From the NCBI GenBank assembly GCA_964016885.1, contig OZ024744.1, positions 28,582,001 to 28,646,000 on the forward strand: a stretch of 64,000 nucleotides of DNA, written 5' to 3'. Of the stretch, positions 41,245 to 53,331 are shown one piece after another. Position 1 is the first letter of the stretch. The number at the start of each line of letters is the position of its first letter. Origin of the DNA: Eledone cirrhosa (lineage: Eukaryota). The notes beneath the pieces are model-generated. The model worked only from the letters and a program-made list of their open reading frames with translations, was not told where the DNA came from and made no database searches. Made by a program: the position numbers and the translations under genes.

Positions 41245-43783
41245 GAAGGTGAAGCCTCCAGTTTTTTTTTCAACAAATTACCTCGTCTTCAAACATTCTA
41301 AACCTCTTATTGAAGTTTTAAACTTGATAAAAGGTTATAAGAAGTGACCCACCTAATACAGGAGTTCACTCGTAAATAATAAGGCACCCCTTTACGGGAT
41401 GTCGTATTGTGAAAAAGTATTATTTGAAAGAAATTTCTTTCAACATGGATAACACAAGAAAGAGAGAGAATGCTGTCAGACAACACAGAGAGAGGGAGAT
41501 TTTGTCAACATGTCAACAACACAATGTTCTAGTGAAGGTAAATATAAAAGAAAATATTACGAAGGAAAAGAGGAACAATATCATTTTTAATTACCTCGGA
41601 GTGCGTCTGGGCGCGCAAACCCACATCATCTGAAGCAGAAAGTACGCCACAGTAGACGTATTTTTGGACACGGTGTTAGCAACGAGGTTGGCGCTTTTCG
41701 TTGGGTGCCTGGTGGGAGAGACGCAGATTGCGCCATTCCGGACAGATCCATACACTACAACCTCCACCTCATTCGATACTTCGTAGAGACGGTGGTTAAG
41801 GAACCTGGCACGGGTGGGGCCCTGATCAACTTAGATCAATCCAAAGCATTCGATAGGGTCGACCATCGGATCATGGCGGCGGTCTCGAGGCAGCCCGTTT
41901 CGAGCCCGTTTTCGGGGGTTGGACGCTGCAATGTATAGCGACATCTGCTCAGTTGTGAGGGTGAACGGTCACCTGTCGCAGCCGTTCAGCATCATGCGTT
42001 CGGTCCGCCAGGGTTGTCCCCTCTCGTCCTTCATTTACGTATTGGCCCTCGAGCCGTTACTGCACAAACTGGGAGCGGTGAGAGGCGTCCCACGCGAACT
42101 AGGATGCGGGAAATCCGAGTCGGCTTACGCTGACGAGGTCACCGTGGTGGTGTCGAGCACCAGATACGTCCAGATGCTCGGCACCGCTCTCAAGGAATAC
42201 GAAGCGGTGACAGGAGCAAAGATAAACCAGGAAAAGTCGGTGGGCTTGCAGCTCTGCACCTGGAGAGGCAAGTATATGCCGTCCGACAGCGTCATGGGCG
42301 TTGGACAAACAGACCGGTTAAATTGCTCGTGGTCTGGTTCGGACCGGACCTCTAAATGGAGAAAAACTGGAGCGATGTGACGTGCAGGGTGGCCTCCCTA
42401 ATCCAAAAATGGGCCGAGAGGAAGCTGTCCCTGAAAGGCCAGGCGGAGGTGGCGAATGCGTACATCGCATCCGTCATCTACCGCCTCACCGTCGTCCCTT
42501 GCCCCTGCCCAACTCTCACCAAAATGGAGCGCCTCCTCTTTCGCTTTTTGTGGAAGGGACGCGCTCCCATGGCCAGGCGATCGATCTGCTGTCAACACCC
42601 GTTGCGTGGAGGACTGGGCATGCCATGGCTGATGATGTACAAACAGGTGCTGAGGCTGCAACATCTCTGGTGCTTCCTTGAAGGTGAACAGGTGTGGTCG
42701 CTGTTTGCCAGGCACGTTTTCCCACAGCTCGTCTCCTTGTCGGGGCTGCAGTCCTGGGTCAGGAAAAGACCGAGGGATAGCGCTTGGAAACTGGAATGTC
42801 TCCAGGCGCTCACTACCCTCTGCCAGCTAGGCACCAGAATCGGTGGAACATCCACATCAGCGTTTTATAGAGGACTAGTGGTGGGAAGAGTGACGACGTT
42901 CTCGGAGAGATCCTGGGCGTCGAAGAAGATCAGCTGTTTGCCCTCTTCCGGAGAACTTTCAGCCCAAGGCCTATAGATAACTTCTAAAAACCCAGGCTTG
43001 GCAGTGCTACCGCGGAGCGTTGCCGGTTCGAGATAAGCTCTACAGGCACGGAAGTGCTGTCAGCCGAGTCTGTCCGACATGCGCGCAGAGCGATGAAACC
43101 GTCATGCACGCACTCGTTCAATGCCCAAGCATTGCTAACTTGTGGAGCTATGTCGAACAGTTGCTGTCGCGTGTAGGACTGATCCGGTTATCGACTGAGT
43201 CCATTGTGCAGATGGTCTCGCCGTCTTCCTTCGAGGAGGAAGAGCAGGCGGTTTTCATCTGCCTGGTGGCCATGGCGAAAGAGATTGTGTGGTGGACAAG
43301 TTTGAAAGGGTTACAGACAGACACTTTCCTCTTCGGCGAATCCCTAATTAACTTTTTCAAGTTTCTCTTGAAGAGAAAAATCAGGGTGGAGAGGCAAGTG
43401 CTGCCTTCTAGCAAGTTTGTTGAATGTAGCGAGAATGGTCTGAGTGAACGGGACCGCTCTGAATATACGCATGTAGTTTGAGAAATGGAAAAATTGAGAG
43501 AGGGCGCTTGCCCTGGTGGTCAGGGTGGCCGTGGTCTTTTGTGTGGCTTTCGCCACGAGTAACCCTCGGAGGTTTAGCTCATATTGGGGGATTTTTTATT
43601 GTTTCAATTTTCATTTTTATTCCTTATATATATATATGTTTCTATGTCTTTTTTTTCTGTTCTTATATAAATAATAAAAATCTGTACACGCACAAAACCC
43701 ACATCGTACCGTCCTGTACCGTCCTGTGCCGTATGTAATGTTTGTCTTGATGTCAGTCCTTGTGGCAAATAAAGAAATAATAA
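41245..43783 (+). mobile_element. Older, internally deleted Tx1 element (type C)
   Basis: Starts after (TTA)n. The ORF1 remnant KYATVDVF (~41640-41670) joins directly to the ORF2 RT region (VLAxRLA). Diverged RT and C-terminus run to ~43480; 3' end GGCAAATAAAGAAAT. Confidence 0.85.
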
Positions 43784-43977
43784 TTGTTTCTACTTTTGGC
43801 ACAAGGCCATCAATTAACCAGTACATTACTGGTACTTTATTTTATCGACCCCGTAAGGATGAAAGGCAAAGTTAACCTCGGCGGGATTTGAACTCAGACC
43901 GCAAAGGGACGTAACTATGCTAGAAAGCATGGCGTCCGACCCTCTACCGGTACTGCCAATCCACCACCCTTAGATAT
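43784..43977 (-). mobile_element. tRNA-derived SINE with a ~17-bp TSD
   Basis: A and B boxes plus the central block; AAATAAAGAAATAATAA is duplicated at 43767-43783 and 43978-43994. Confidence 0.85.
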
Positions 43978-44057
43978 AAATAAAGAAATAATAAAAATTA
44001 TTATTATTATTATTATTAATATTTTCTTTCATTATTGTTTCTGAGATATCCTGATAA

Positions 44058-44170
44058 TCCCGCCGAGGTTAACTTTGCCTTTCATCCTTACGTGGTCGAT
44101 AAAATAAAGTACCAGTAATACACTGGGATAATTGCTGGCCTTATGCCAAAAGTAGAAACAATTATTGTTT
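44058..44170 (+). mobile_element. 5'-truncated SINE of the same family
   Basis: Central block and tail; flanked by a direct repeat ATTATTGTTTCTGAGATAT. Confidence 0.75.
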
Positions 44171-44877
44171 CTGAGATATATGCCGAGTGTCTTCCCTACA
44201 CCTAGCGCAAATAAATTCACAGTGTGCATTGGTAAGCCAGTTAATACAGTACATTGATTATAATTAAAACAAAAGAAATCAGTATACATATATACACATG
44301 TCTATATGTAAATACGAGGAGGGATATCAATCTTACAGAGATAGTGCTCCTCTCAATACGTGTGCAGTACCAGTCAAAACAATTGTTTGCACCTCGTAGC
44401 GACAGTAACTATAACCGAAGAGAAGAAAAGATCAACATCATCGGTAACTACTGAGCCACAGGTTTTATATCGGAGTTATCCCAGTTTCCTGAGTTGCCTT
44501 CTCCTGGAAGAATGCCCTGACAAAGGCTAGGGGTCATTCACTCCCAGTGGTTTAACGCGCGGTACATGTGTATATACATATTTACACACTTTCGGATGGC
44601 CGTTGACCCTTTTGAGTCCTTCCGCCCTTTATCAGATTTTGTTTTTTGTCCTGCAGGTTGTCCAAAATCACCATCGTCACTTGGTGGGGTTGCCGGTTTA
44701 ATTCGCTGACGACCCGACCATGCGACAGGTTGTAGTGGGTTACATCTTACCAGTATCACTCAAGAGTGACCCGACATACCATACATATATTATCATACAT
44801 ACATACATACATACATACATACATAATACATACATACATACATATAAACATACATACATGTAGACATACATACATAT

Positions 44878-45700
44878 CTACCGAGTTGATGTTGTGTAAA
44901 TTCCAATAAGAGAGTCTTGTGTCTATGTTAGAAACCGACTCTTTCTCTATTGGTAAAACTTTGTGAAATTATAAAACCAGAAGAACATACATAGACACAT
45001 ACATACATGCCTCGATAATAAATACATTAAAAGCTACAACAATGTGGAAGACATCCATGTACATAATATGAAAGTGTACTGGTGGAATGTTCCAGTAAAA
45101 ACCCCAATAAATGCAGGAATAACAGACCAGATATTATGATATGGGACAGGGAGAAGAAAACATGCACAGTAGTGAAAATTAGCTGCCCAGCAGATGCCAA
45201 TATAATATCAAAGATTAGTGAAAAGGAGAATAATTATGCAGAACTGATGAGAAATCTGCAGATATTCCACCCTGATTACACCTTCAGATTTGTTTCTGTG
45301 GTTATTGGGGCACTGGGATATGTTAGTAACTGCCATAGTACAAATCTTGAGAAGCTAGGCTTCACAGGAACAGAAAGAACACAACTAGTTAGGAAATTAC
45401 AAGTACAATCAATTAATGGAACAGTAAAAATATGTAAAACATTCCAAAAATGTTGCATCTAATAACTGCATATACACTTCTACAGATACAAAGCATATAC
45501 ACATGCACGCATACAACTCAAAACATACACATCCACACATACAATAACATCCATATCTACACATGCAGACATACATATATACCTAGTTGATGTTGTGTAA
45601 ATTCCAATGAGAGAGTCTTGTGTCTATGTTAGAAACCGACTCTCTCTCTATTGGTAACACTTTATGAAATTATAAAACCAGAAGAACATACATACATATA
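44878..45700 (+). mobile_element. Two head-to-tail 3' fragments of an RLE-type (R4/NeSL-like) LINE in (CATA)n
   Basis: ORF 45082-45462 (NRPDIMIWD...ISCP...EKENNY...VVIGALG); the ~120-bp 3' end is repeated at 44878-44995 and 45580-45695, each followed by CATA repeats. Confidence 0.8.
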
Positions 45701-45715
45701 TACATGCATACATAT

Positions 45716-45805
<90 letters not shown>

Positions 45806-45999
45806 ATGTGTGTGTATATATATATAATAAGCATAATTGAGTCTCCATTGTCATCCCATCTGCGTCCATGACTCTGTAGATGACCTTAGACCAGCTGTAG
45901 ATCTACAGGGGACAGAAGAGAGTTGCACTTTCCACAGGACCGATGGTGTCACCATGTGGGACACAATCTTTATGTACCACCATGTGTCTGTTTAGTCCA

Positions 46000-47150
46000 G
46001 AACTAGTTCTACACACTTTGTTGCATGTCACACACGTTGTTTCACCAGGTCTTTGTTGAGTGGTGTTGCGGGTGGTTATCCTGCTGACATGACTTCAGGT
46101 GTCTAAGATAACCAGTCTTTGAGAGGAGTACACGTTGACAGGACTTGTATGTCCAGCTACTGATGACATCATCAAGACTGTGAGTACAGCCCTTCCGCCT
46201 AACCCTAACCAGCCTTTGAGAGGAGTACACGTTGACGGGACTTGTATGTCCAGCTACTGATGGCATCATCAAGACTGTGAGCAAAGCTCTTCCGGAGTTG
46301 ACGCTTCAGTTGTTTATATTCTAGACGACATTCCTCAAAAGTTTTGTAACTGCCCTTTATGTGCTATCTCCACTCAGCCCTATTTAGATCTCTCTCCTCC
46401 CAGTTGTCTATATCAAATGTCAGCTCTTTCAGGTTGTTCTTGATGCTGTCCCTGAACCTCATTTTCGGTTTGTGTTGAAGCCTTTTTCCAAGATGGAGCT
46501 CACCGTAAAACAGTTGCTTCGGTATCCTGCTTTCTTTCATGCGGACGATATGTCCTGTCCAGCACATTTGAGAGGATGTTACTTGGTACTCAATGCTTGG
46601 ACATTCTACTTTGATAAGAACATGGATGCCTGGAGTTCTGTCTTGCCATTTGATGTTGAACATCTGCCTTAAACATTTCTGCTGAAAACGCTCAAGCAAT
46701 TTGGTGTGTTTGTGGAATAGCGTCCAGGTTTCGGCGGAGTACAAAAGAGCAGACAGAACACACGATCGATACACACACATTTTGGTATAATTGGTAATGT
46801 TGCGATATGCCCAAACTCTCTTTTGCAATTTTCCGAAGGCAACAGAGGGCTTCTGGATGCGCAGCTGTATTTCAGCATCCAATACGCCATCATTTGATAG
46901 TGTCCTACCCACGTAGACAAATGTATCTACTACTTCCAACATAGTTCTATCAACCATTATATTGGGTTCAGTATATGGTTCTCCAGGAGCAGGGTTAAAT
47001 ATTACTTTGGTCTTTTTAAGGCTGATTATAAGCCCAAATACTGTAGACGAGGGTGAGAAACGATCCATAGTGTGTTGTATGTCAGCTTCTGTGTGTGCTA
47101 GGAAGTCAGCGTTGTTGGCGTAAAGAAGGTCTCTGGAAAAGTTTTTGTCT
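46000..47150 (-). mobile_element. RTE (BovB-like) LINE 3' fragment
   Basis: The 234-aa ORF has FGLIISLKKTKV, LLYSAETW, WTGHIVRM and RIPKQLFYGEL; a degenerate LLYADD-like motif lies near 47110. Confidence 0.88.
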
Positions 47151-47339
47151 TGGCATTAAACCTTCTTACTTACATATAGATATATGTACATATATAGACA
47201 AAGTTCTCACTCCTCACTCCATCACACCCGAAAAAGAGAGAGGGGGAGGGAGAGAGAGATAGACAGAGAGAAAAGGGGAAAAAGAGAGAGGAAGATAGAA
47301 GTGGGAGAACAGACTGAGAGAGATAGAAAGACAGGTTGA

Positions 47340-47605
47340 GAGAGAGAGAGAAAGACAGACTAAGAGAGAGAGAGAGAGATTGAGAGAGAGAGAGAGAAAG
47401 GCAGACTAAGAGAGAGAAAGACAGACTGGGGAAGACAGAGAGATAGACTGGGGGAGATAGAGAGACAGACTGGGGAGGACAGAGAGATAGACTGGGAGAG
47501 ACAGAGAGACAGACTGGGGGAGACTATCAGAGAGACTGAGTGAGGGAGAAACTTTGAGAAAGTTCTAGAGACTGACAGAGAGACTGATAGAGAGAGAGAG
47601 AAAGA
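47340..47605. repeat. GA-rich minisatellite (~22-bp GACAGAGAGATAGACTGGGGGA units)
   Basis: Read directly. Confidence 0.85.
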
Positions 47606-47878
47606 GCCAAGTAGAGTGAAGCAGCAAGCACATAAGTGTACTAACATATGTTGACACATTGGCTACGATGAACTGAGCAATTGTGGAGTATCCATTTACA
47701 GAATGCCCTACTTTTATTTTCATTTTATTACATTTTTCTTTTCTTTCTTTTTTTTTAATTTTCTTTCCACCATCCTCCAAAGTAGTGTCACCCTGCAGTG
47801 GAAGAAAGACATTATTTATTTTCTTTTATTTAGTCATTTCTATGATTATTTTTATCATTTTTATCATTGTTGTTGCTG

Positions 47879-48105
47879 AGGGTGGTGGACTGGCAGTAGT
47901 GGTAGGGCGTCGGACACCATGTTTCCAGGCATATAATTATAGTCCTTTATGCTCAGAGTTCAAATCCTGACGAGGTTAACTTTGCCTTTTGTTCATAGAA
48001 GGCCGATAAAATAAAGTACCAGTAACACACTGGGGTCGATTTTATCGACTTTCTCCTCCCGCCAAAAAATTGTTGGCCTTGTGTCTAAATCAGAATCGAT
48101 TATTA
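47879..48105 (+). mobile_element. tRNA-derived SINE
   Basis: GGTGGTGGACTGGCAG head, GAGTTCAAATCC B box and the central block. Confidence 0.8.
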
Positions 48106-48149
48106 TTCTAATCACTACCATCTTGAGAAACACGAGCCCAAAATTAGCT

Positions 48150-49340
48150 AAACATACAAGGTTGGATCATGAAGAGGCGATACTAGAGCAGTGAAATCGT
48201 ACATGCATTAATGTCAACTTCTTATTAATAACTGCATTGTCTCTTTCTAGGCAAACAGACGTCTGTTTGTTCAAAGAATACTTCAAATGTAACTGGTTGC
48301 CACTTCCCTTGAAAATGAACAAAAAGTAGCATCGTAGTGTTATCAAGTACAGGCAGAAAAATGATTTAGCCTCCAAGGATATTCGTGTTGACATGGGTGT
48401 CACCTTAGGAGACAATGCTCCCGCTTTATCAGCAGTGCAAAAGTGGGCAGCTGAATTTAGGAGAGGAAGGGAGAATCTTGAAAAATGACCCAAGGTCTGG
48501 ATGTTTTGCAGCTGCTACCACCGAGGAAAACATTGATCGTGTTCACCACATGGTAATGGATGACAGATGATGGACTATCAATTAAATGAGAGTGTTGAGA
48601 ATATTCTGCGCAACGAACTTGGCATGACGAAGGTTTCTGCTCAGTGGGTGCCACATCTTCTGACACCTGATCAAAAGCGCACCAGGCTGATCACATCTCG
48701 GGAAAATCTGACATTGAGGCAGATCCAGCTAGATTTTTTTAACATTTTCTAACCCAGGATGACTTTGATCCAGAGACAAAGAGACAAGCCATGCAGTGGA
48801 AACACCCCCTCCTCACCTGCTCTAAAGAAGGCCAAGGTAATTTCATCTGCATTGAAGGTGATGGTCTCAGTATTTTGGAATGCAAAATGTATTGTTTTTA
48901 TTGACTCTTCACAGGAACCACACTATCAATGGAGAGTAGTATGACAACTTGCTGAGGCAGTTACGAAAAAGCTATCAAAACAAATATCAGAAAAACTAAC
49001 AAAAGGTGTCTTGTTTCATCTGGACAATGCTCCAATACACAAGTTCTTGGTTTCATTAGCTGCTTGTGCTTGACTGTGACTTTGAACTGGTTGATCACCT
49101 TCTATATTCTCTTGATTTGGCTCCATCTCGTTATCATCTGTTCCCCAAAATGAAAAAAAAAACACTTGGCTGGGAACCAGTATTACAGTGGTGATGACGT
49201 CATATCTTCTGTTGAAAACTTTTTTTCCCAAGGGGATCCAATCCCTACAACACTGGAGGAAGAAGTGAGGGGTCCGCACCGGAGACTATGTTGAACAATA
49301 AACTTCATTTGCTAACATCCCATGCACTTATTAAACCAGT
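48150..49340 (+). mobile_element. Degenerate mariner (DD34D-type) transposon
   Basis: Frameshifted transposase with WVPHLL, KVMVSVFW, HxDNAP and YSxDLAPS.YHLFP motifs. Confidence 0.85.
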
Positions 49341-49498
49341 GTGACGAAAACAAACAAATTAATTAAATTGAAATAAAAGTTAAAATAAAACAATTTAGAA
49401 GAAAATACAATAAAATGAAATAAATTTGATGAACTAAAAACAAACTATATGAACACAAAAAGGGGGAAGTAAAACAGGAAATTGAAAAGAACCATACA

Positions 49499-49499
<1 letters not shown>

Positions 49500-49574
<75 letters not shown>

Positions 49575-49626
49575 TTACTACTACTACTACTACTACTAAT
49601 ACTACTACTACTACTACCACCACCAT

Positions 49627-49682
<56 letters not shown>

Positions 49683-49701
49683 TTACTACTACTACTACTA
49701 C

Positions 49702-49754
<53 letters not shown>

Positions 49755-49782
49755 TTACTACTACTACTACTACTACTACTAT

Positions 49783-49814
<32 letters not shown>

Positions 49815-49891
49815 TTACTGCTACTACTGCTACTACTACTACCACCGCTACTACTACTACTACTACTACTACTATTACTACTACTGCTACA

Positions 49892-49924
<33 letters not shown>

Positions 49925-49952
49925 GCTACTACTGCTACTACTACTACCACCG

Positions 49953-50012
<60 letters not shown>
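49500..50012. repeat. (ACT)n microsatellite, ~500 bp
   Basis: Read directly. Confidence 0.97.
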
Positions 50013-50044
50013 TTTTGGTGTAATTGAATATAGTATAATAAAAG

Positions 50045-50103
<59 letters not shown>

Positions 50104-50187
50104 AAGTTATATTTAAAATTGTTGGGTTACAACTAGTAAATATTTATAACTGATATAAAAGCACTCGACAAATACTTGGAGTATATT

Positions 50188-50562
50188 TACAATATTAAAT
50201 AAATGGAAAACTATATTTATAAAACCATATCTATTTCATTATATATATTTCGGGGATATCATATTAACAATATGCTATGCCTTCATCAGACAAAATACAA
50301 TATAAACAGTTTTATAGATAAATATATTCGACATACCGTAATAAACATCAACTTCATTTGAAGAGGTTCACTGCTAGAGTGAACCTCTTCAAATGAAGTT
50401 GATGTTTATTACGGTATGTCGAATATATTTATCTATAAAACTGTTTATATTGTATTTTGTCTGATGAAGGCATAGCATATTGTTAATATGATATCCCCGA
50501 AATATATATAATGAAATAGATATGGTTTTATAAATATAGTTTTCCATTTATTTAATATTGTA
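50188..50562. repeat. Near-perfect palindrome (arms ~185 bp, 5-nt spacer), probably inverted Penelope pLTRs
   Basis: Centre GTTCACT-GCTAG-AGTGAAC; hammerheads at 50232-50297 (-) and 50453-50518 (+); flanked by (TA)n. Confidence 0.92.
50453..50518 (+). ncRNA. Minimal type I hammerhead ribozyme (mirror copy at 50232-50297 on -)
   Basis: TATTTTGT-CTGATGA-...-GAAA-TATATA-TA-ATGAAATA; stem I includes two G-U pairs. Confidence 0.72.
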
Positions 50563-50580
50563 TATATATATATATATATA

Positions 50581-51252
50581 TATGAAGACAAACATAGAAT
50601 ATTCGAAAATATTCTGTATGTTTATAATAAACATTTCGAAGACCCAATCGCTATAGAATAGAATACGTCACGTATTACAATTTGAGATTCTCGATAAAAG
50701 CAAGGGAAGTAACCTACGCGTTTCATTCTTATTAGAAATCATCAGGATTACATATCCAGTGCTTTTATCGAGAATGACACAGCTAGAGACTTATAGAATA
50801 CTTAGCTGTGTACAGGAACTGGTTTGAAAGAGCGGTTGCCGGTCCGGCAGAAATTAGAATTTGGATATAATGCTCTGAAATAGCGATATATATGTGAAGA
50901 CAAACATAGAATATTCGAAAATATTCTGTATGTTTATAATAAACATTTCGAAGACCCAATCGCTATAGAATAGAATACGTCACGTATTACAATTTGAGAT
51001 TCTCGATAAAAGCAAGGGAAGTAACCTACGCGTTTCATTCTTATTAGAAATCATCAGGATTACATATCCAGTGCTTTTATCGAGCAACCACTCTTTCAAA
51101 CCAGTTCCTGTACACAGATAAGTATTCTATAAGTCTCTAGCTGTGTCATTCTCGATAAAAGCACTGGATATGTAATCCTGATGATTTCTAATAAGAATGA
51201 AACGCGTAGGTTACTTCCCTTGCTTTTATCGAGAATCTCAAATTGTAATACG
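50581..51252. repeat. Tandem plus inverted copies of a second hammerhead-bearing repeat unit
   Basis: 50581-50839 and 50890-51083 are direct copies; 51084-51252 is inverted. Confidence 0.88.
51172..51214 (+). ncRNA. Minimal hammerhead with palindromic stem III (ACGCGU); further copies at 50709-50751 (-) and 51021-51063 (-)
   Basis: GTAATC-CTGATGA-T-TTCT-AATA-AGAA-T-GAAA-CGCG-TA-GGTTAC. Confidence 0.8.
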
Positions 51253-51322
51253 TTTATTTCATTATATATATTTCAGGGATACCAAATTAAATTATGGTAT
51301 GCCTTCATCAGACAAAATACAA

Positions 51323-53331
51323 GTAGAAAATGATATCGTATCTATCATCCAAGGCATCAAATTCAAAGAAAACTTCAAAGGCCAGGATTACCTAAGGAGT
51401 ATTAAGGATAATATTGAAAACTTGGAGAAAACAGAGAAAATTCTAGTGAAGTCGGACAAAACTAATAATCTTTATGGAATACAAAAGGACATGTATAACG
51501 ACCTTATATTGAAAGAACTAAGGAAAAAGTACAAGGTAGCAAATAAGGACGAACTTGAAAAACTGAATACAGATGCATCTTGTATAATGCATGAATTAAA
51601 CATTGAGAATAAAACACAACCCTTCATGCCTAGGAAACCTAAGATCAATATGAAGGATCACAAAAGAAACTTTGAAAATGATTTACCAGTCAGATTAATT
51701 GCACCATCTAAATCTGACCTGGGAAAACTTAGCAAAAATATTCTAGACAGGGTAATACAACAAATTAAAAACTTACCTAATTTATCTTACTTAAAATTAT
51801 GGAAAGGGACTAGTGAGGTTATCGATTGGTTTAAAGAAATTAAATATAACTATAATAATAAGTTTATTCAGCTGGATATTGCTAACTACTATTCATCTAT
51901 CACTCCTAATCTACTGAATAAGGCACTAAATTACGCATTTAAACATACAGACCTAACTAGCAATGAAATGCACATTATATTATCGGCAAGGAAAACATTG
52001 ATAGAATTTAATAACCAACTCTGGACTAGGGCAGATAGAAATAATAATTTCGAGATAACTATGGGATCATCAGACTCAGCTCAGGTAACGGACCTTGTGG
52101 GCCTATTTATAATTAATTCGCTACATAGAAAAATACCAGGTGTAACCGGAGGCTTATATCGTGATGACATGCTTTTATTTATACAAAATAATAGCTGTGA
52201 ACTAAATAGAAAAAGAAAACAAATTATACAATTTTTTAATTACCTTAATCTAAAAGTAGAAATAGAGAATAACCATACAATAGTCAATTTTCTTGACGTA
52301 ACACTAAATCTCAACACATGTCTTCATTATCCATTTCACAAACTAAATGAGAACTTGAATTATGTTAATTTTAAATCTATCACCCCAGATCTGTTAAAAA
52401 TACTATAGTGAACTCTGTTCAAGAAAGAATTTCAAGAATTTCATCTAATAAAAATATAATTGATGAAAAAGCGCAGTATTACAACGAAGCGTTAGGTAGA
52501 GCTGGATATAGAAATGAAATTAAATACATTGATAATAATAATAATAAGCAAACTAACCAAAATAATAACAATTTTAATTATGGTAACAACTTTAGCAACT
52601 ATAATAGAAAACATTACAATAATTCCAAAAGCCGAAAAAGAAATAGAACTAGAAACATATTATGGTTTGCTCCCCCTTTCTCACTAAATATTAAAACCCC
52701 TATTGCAAAACTATTCTTTAAAGCTCTTGACAAACGCTTCCCTAGAACACATAAATGTTACTCAATTTTTAATAGACACACTATAAAATTAACTTACACG
52801 TCCACCAAAAATTTAGCACAAAATATTAATAGAATTAATAATAGAAATTTAAAACCTAACCAAAATACCAATAATAACCCAAGCAATATTCAATTGAATA
52901 ACTGTAACTGTAGAAATAAATCTAACTGTCCGTTAAATACCAACTGCTTAGCTAAAAATGTAGTGTACAATTGTAATGTTAAAACTAATTTAAATTCATT
53001 TAACTATGTTGGTTCTACCTCTACTTAATTTAAATTTCACTTCAATAATCATAAACATTCTTTCACAGATCCAAACAAAAAATCTTCAACTTCTCTATCT
53101 AGCCTACTATGGGACCTAAAACGAGATAATATTAAATATTCGATGACTTGGAATATTATTTCATAAGCTACTCCTTTTAATTCCTCTTCAGAAAATTGTG
53201 ATCTTTGTATTGAAGAAATATTCTTTATATTAAAGTCCAAAAATTCCCTTAATTTAAGGAACAATTTATTCAGTTGCGGCAGACATAGATTGAACTCAAC
53301 GTTTAAATATAAATATAAATTTAAAATGTAG
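51323..53331 (+). pseudogene. Penelope RT and GIY-YIG endonuclease (frameshift near 52380; TAA stops at 53026 and 53164)
   Basis: KxDK, KDHK, RLI, DIxNYY, GLYRDD, NFLDVTLNL, WFxPPF, CNCRxxxxCPLxxxC, VVY...YVGST, CDLC..E, LN.R. Confidence 0.88.

Noticed and set aside
49363-50027. Long poly-Val and poly-Leu ORFs, and similar poly-YI, HT, CV, F and M ORFs elsewhere
   Set aside because: They are translations of microsatellites, not genes.
51197-51322. N-terminus of the 403-aa ORF (MKRVGYF...)
   Set aside because: It reads through the repeat unit and the inverted pLTR; the real RT is 5'-truncated and starts near 51323.
52890-53331. Possible selenocysteine recoding, as reported for some Naiad elements
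   Set aside because: The conserved Cys codons are TGT/TGC, and the in-frame stops are TAA at non-Cys positions, which fits ordinary decay.
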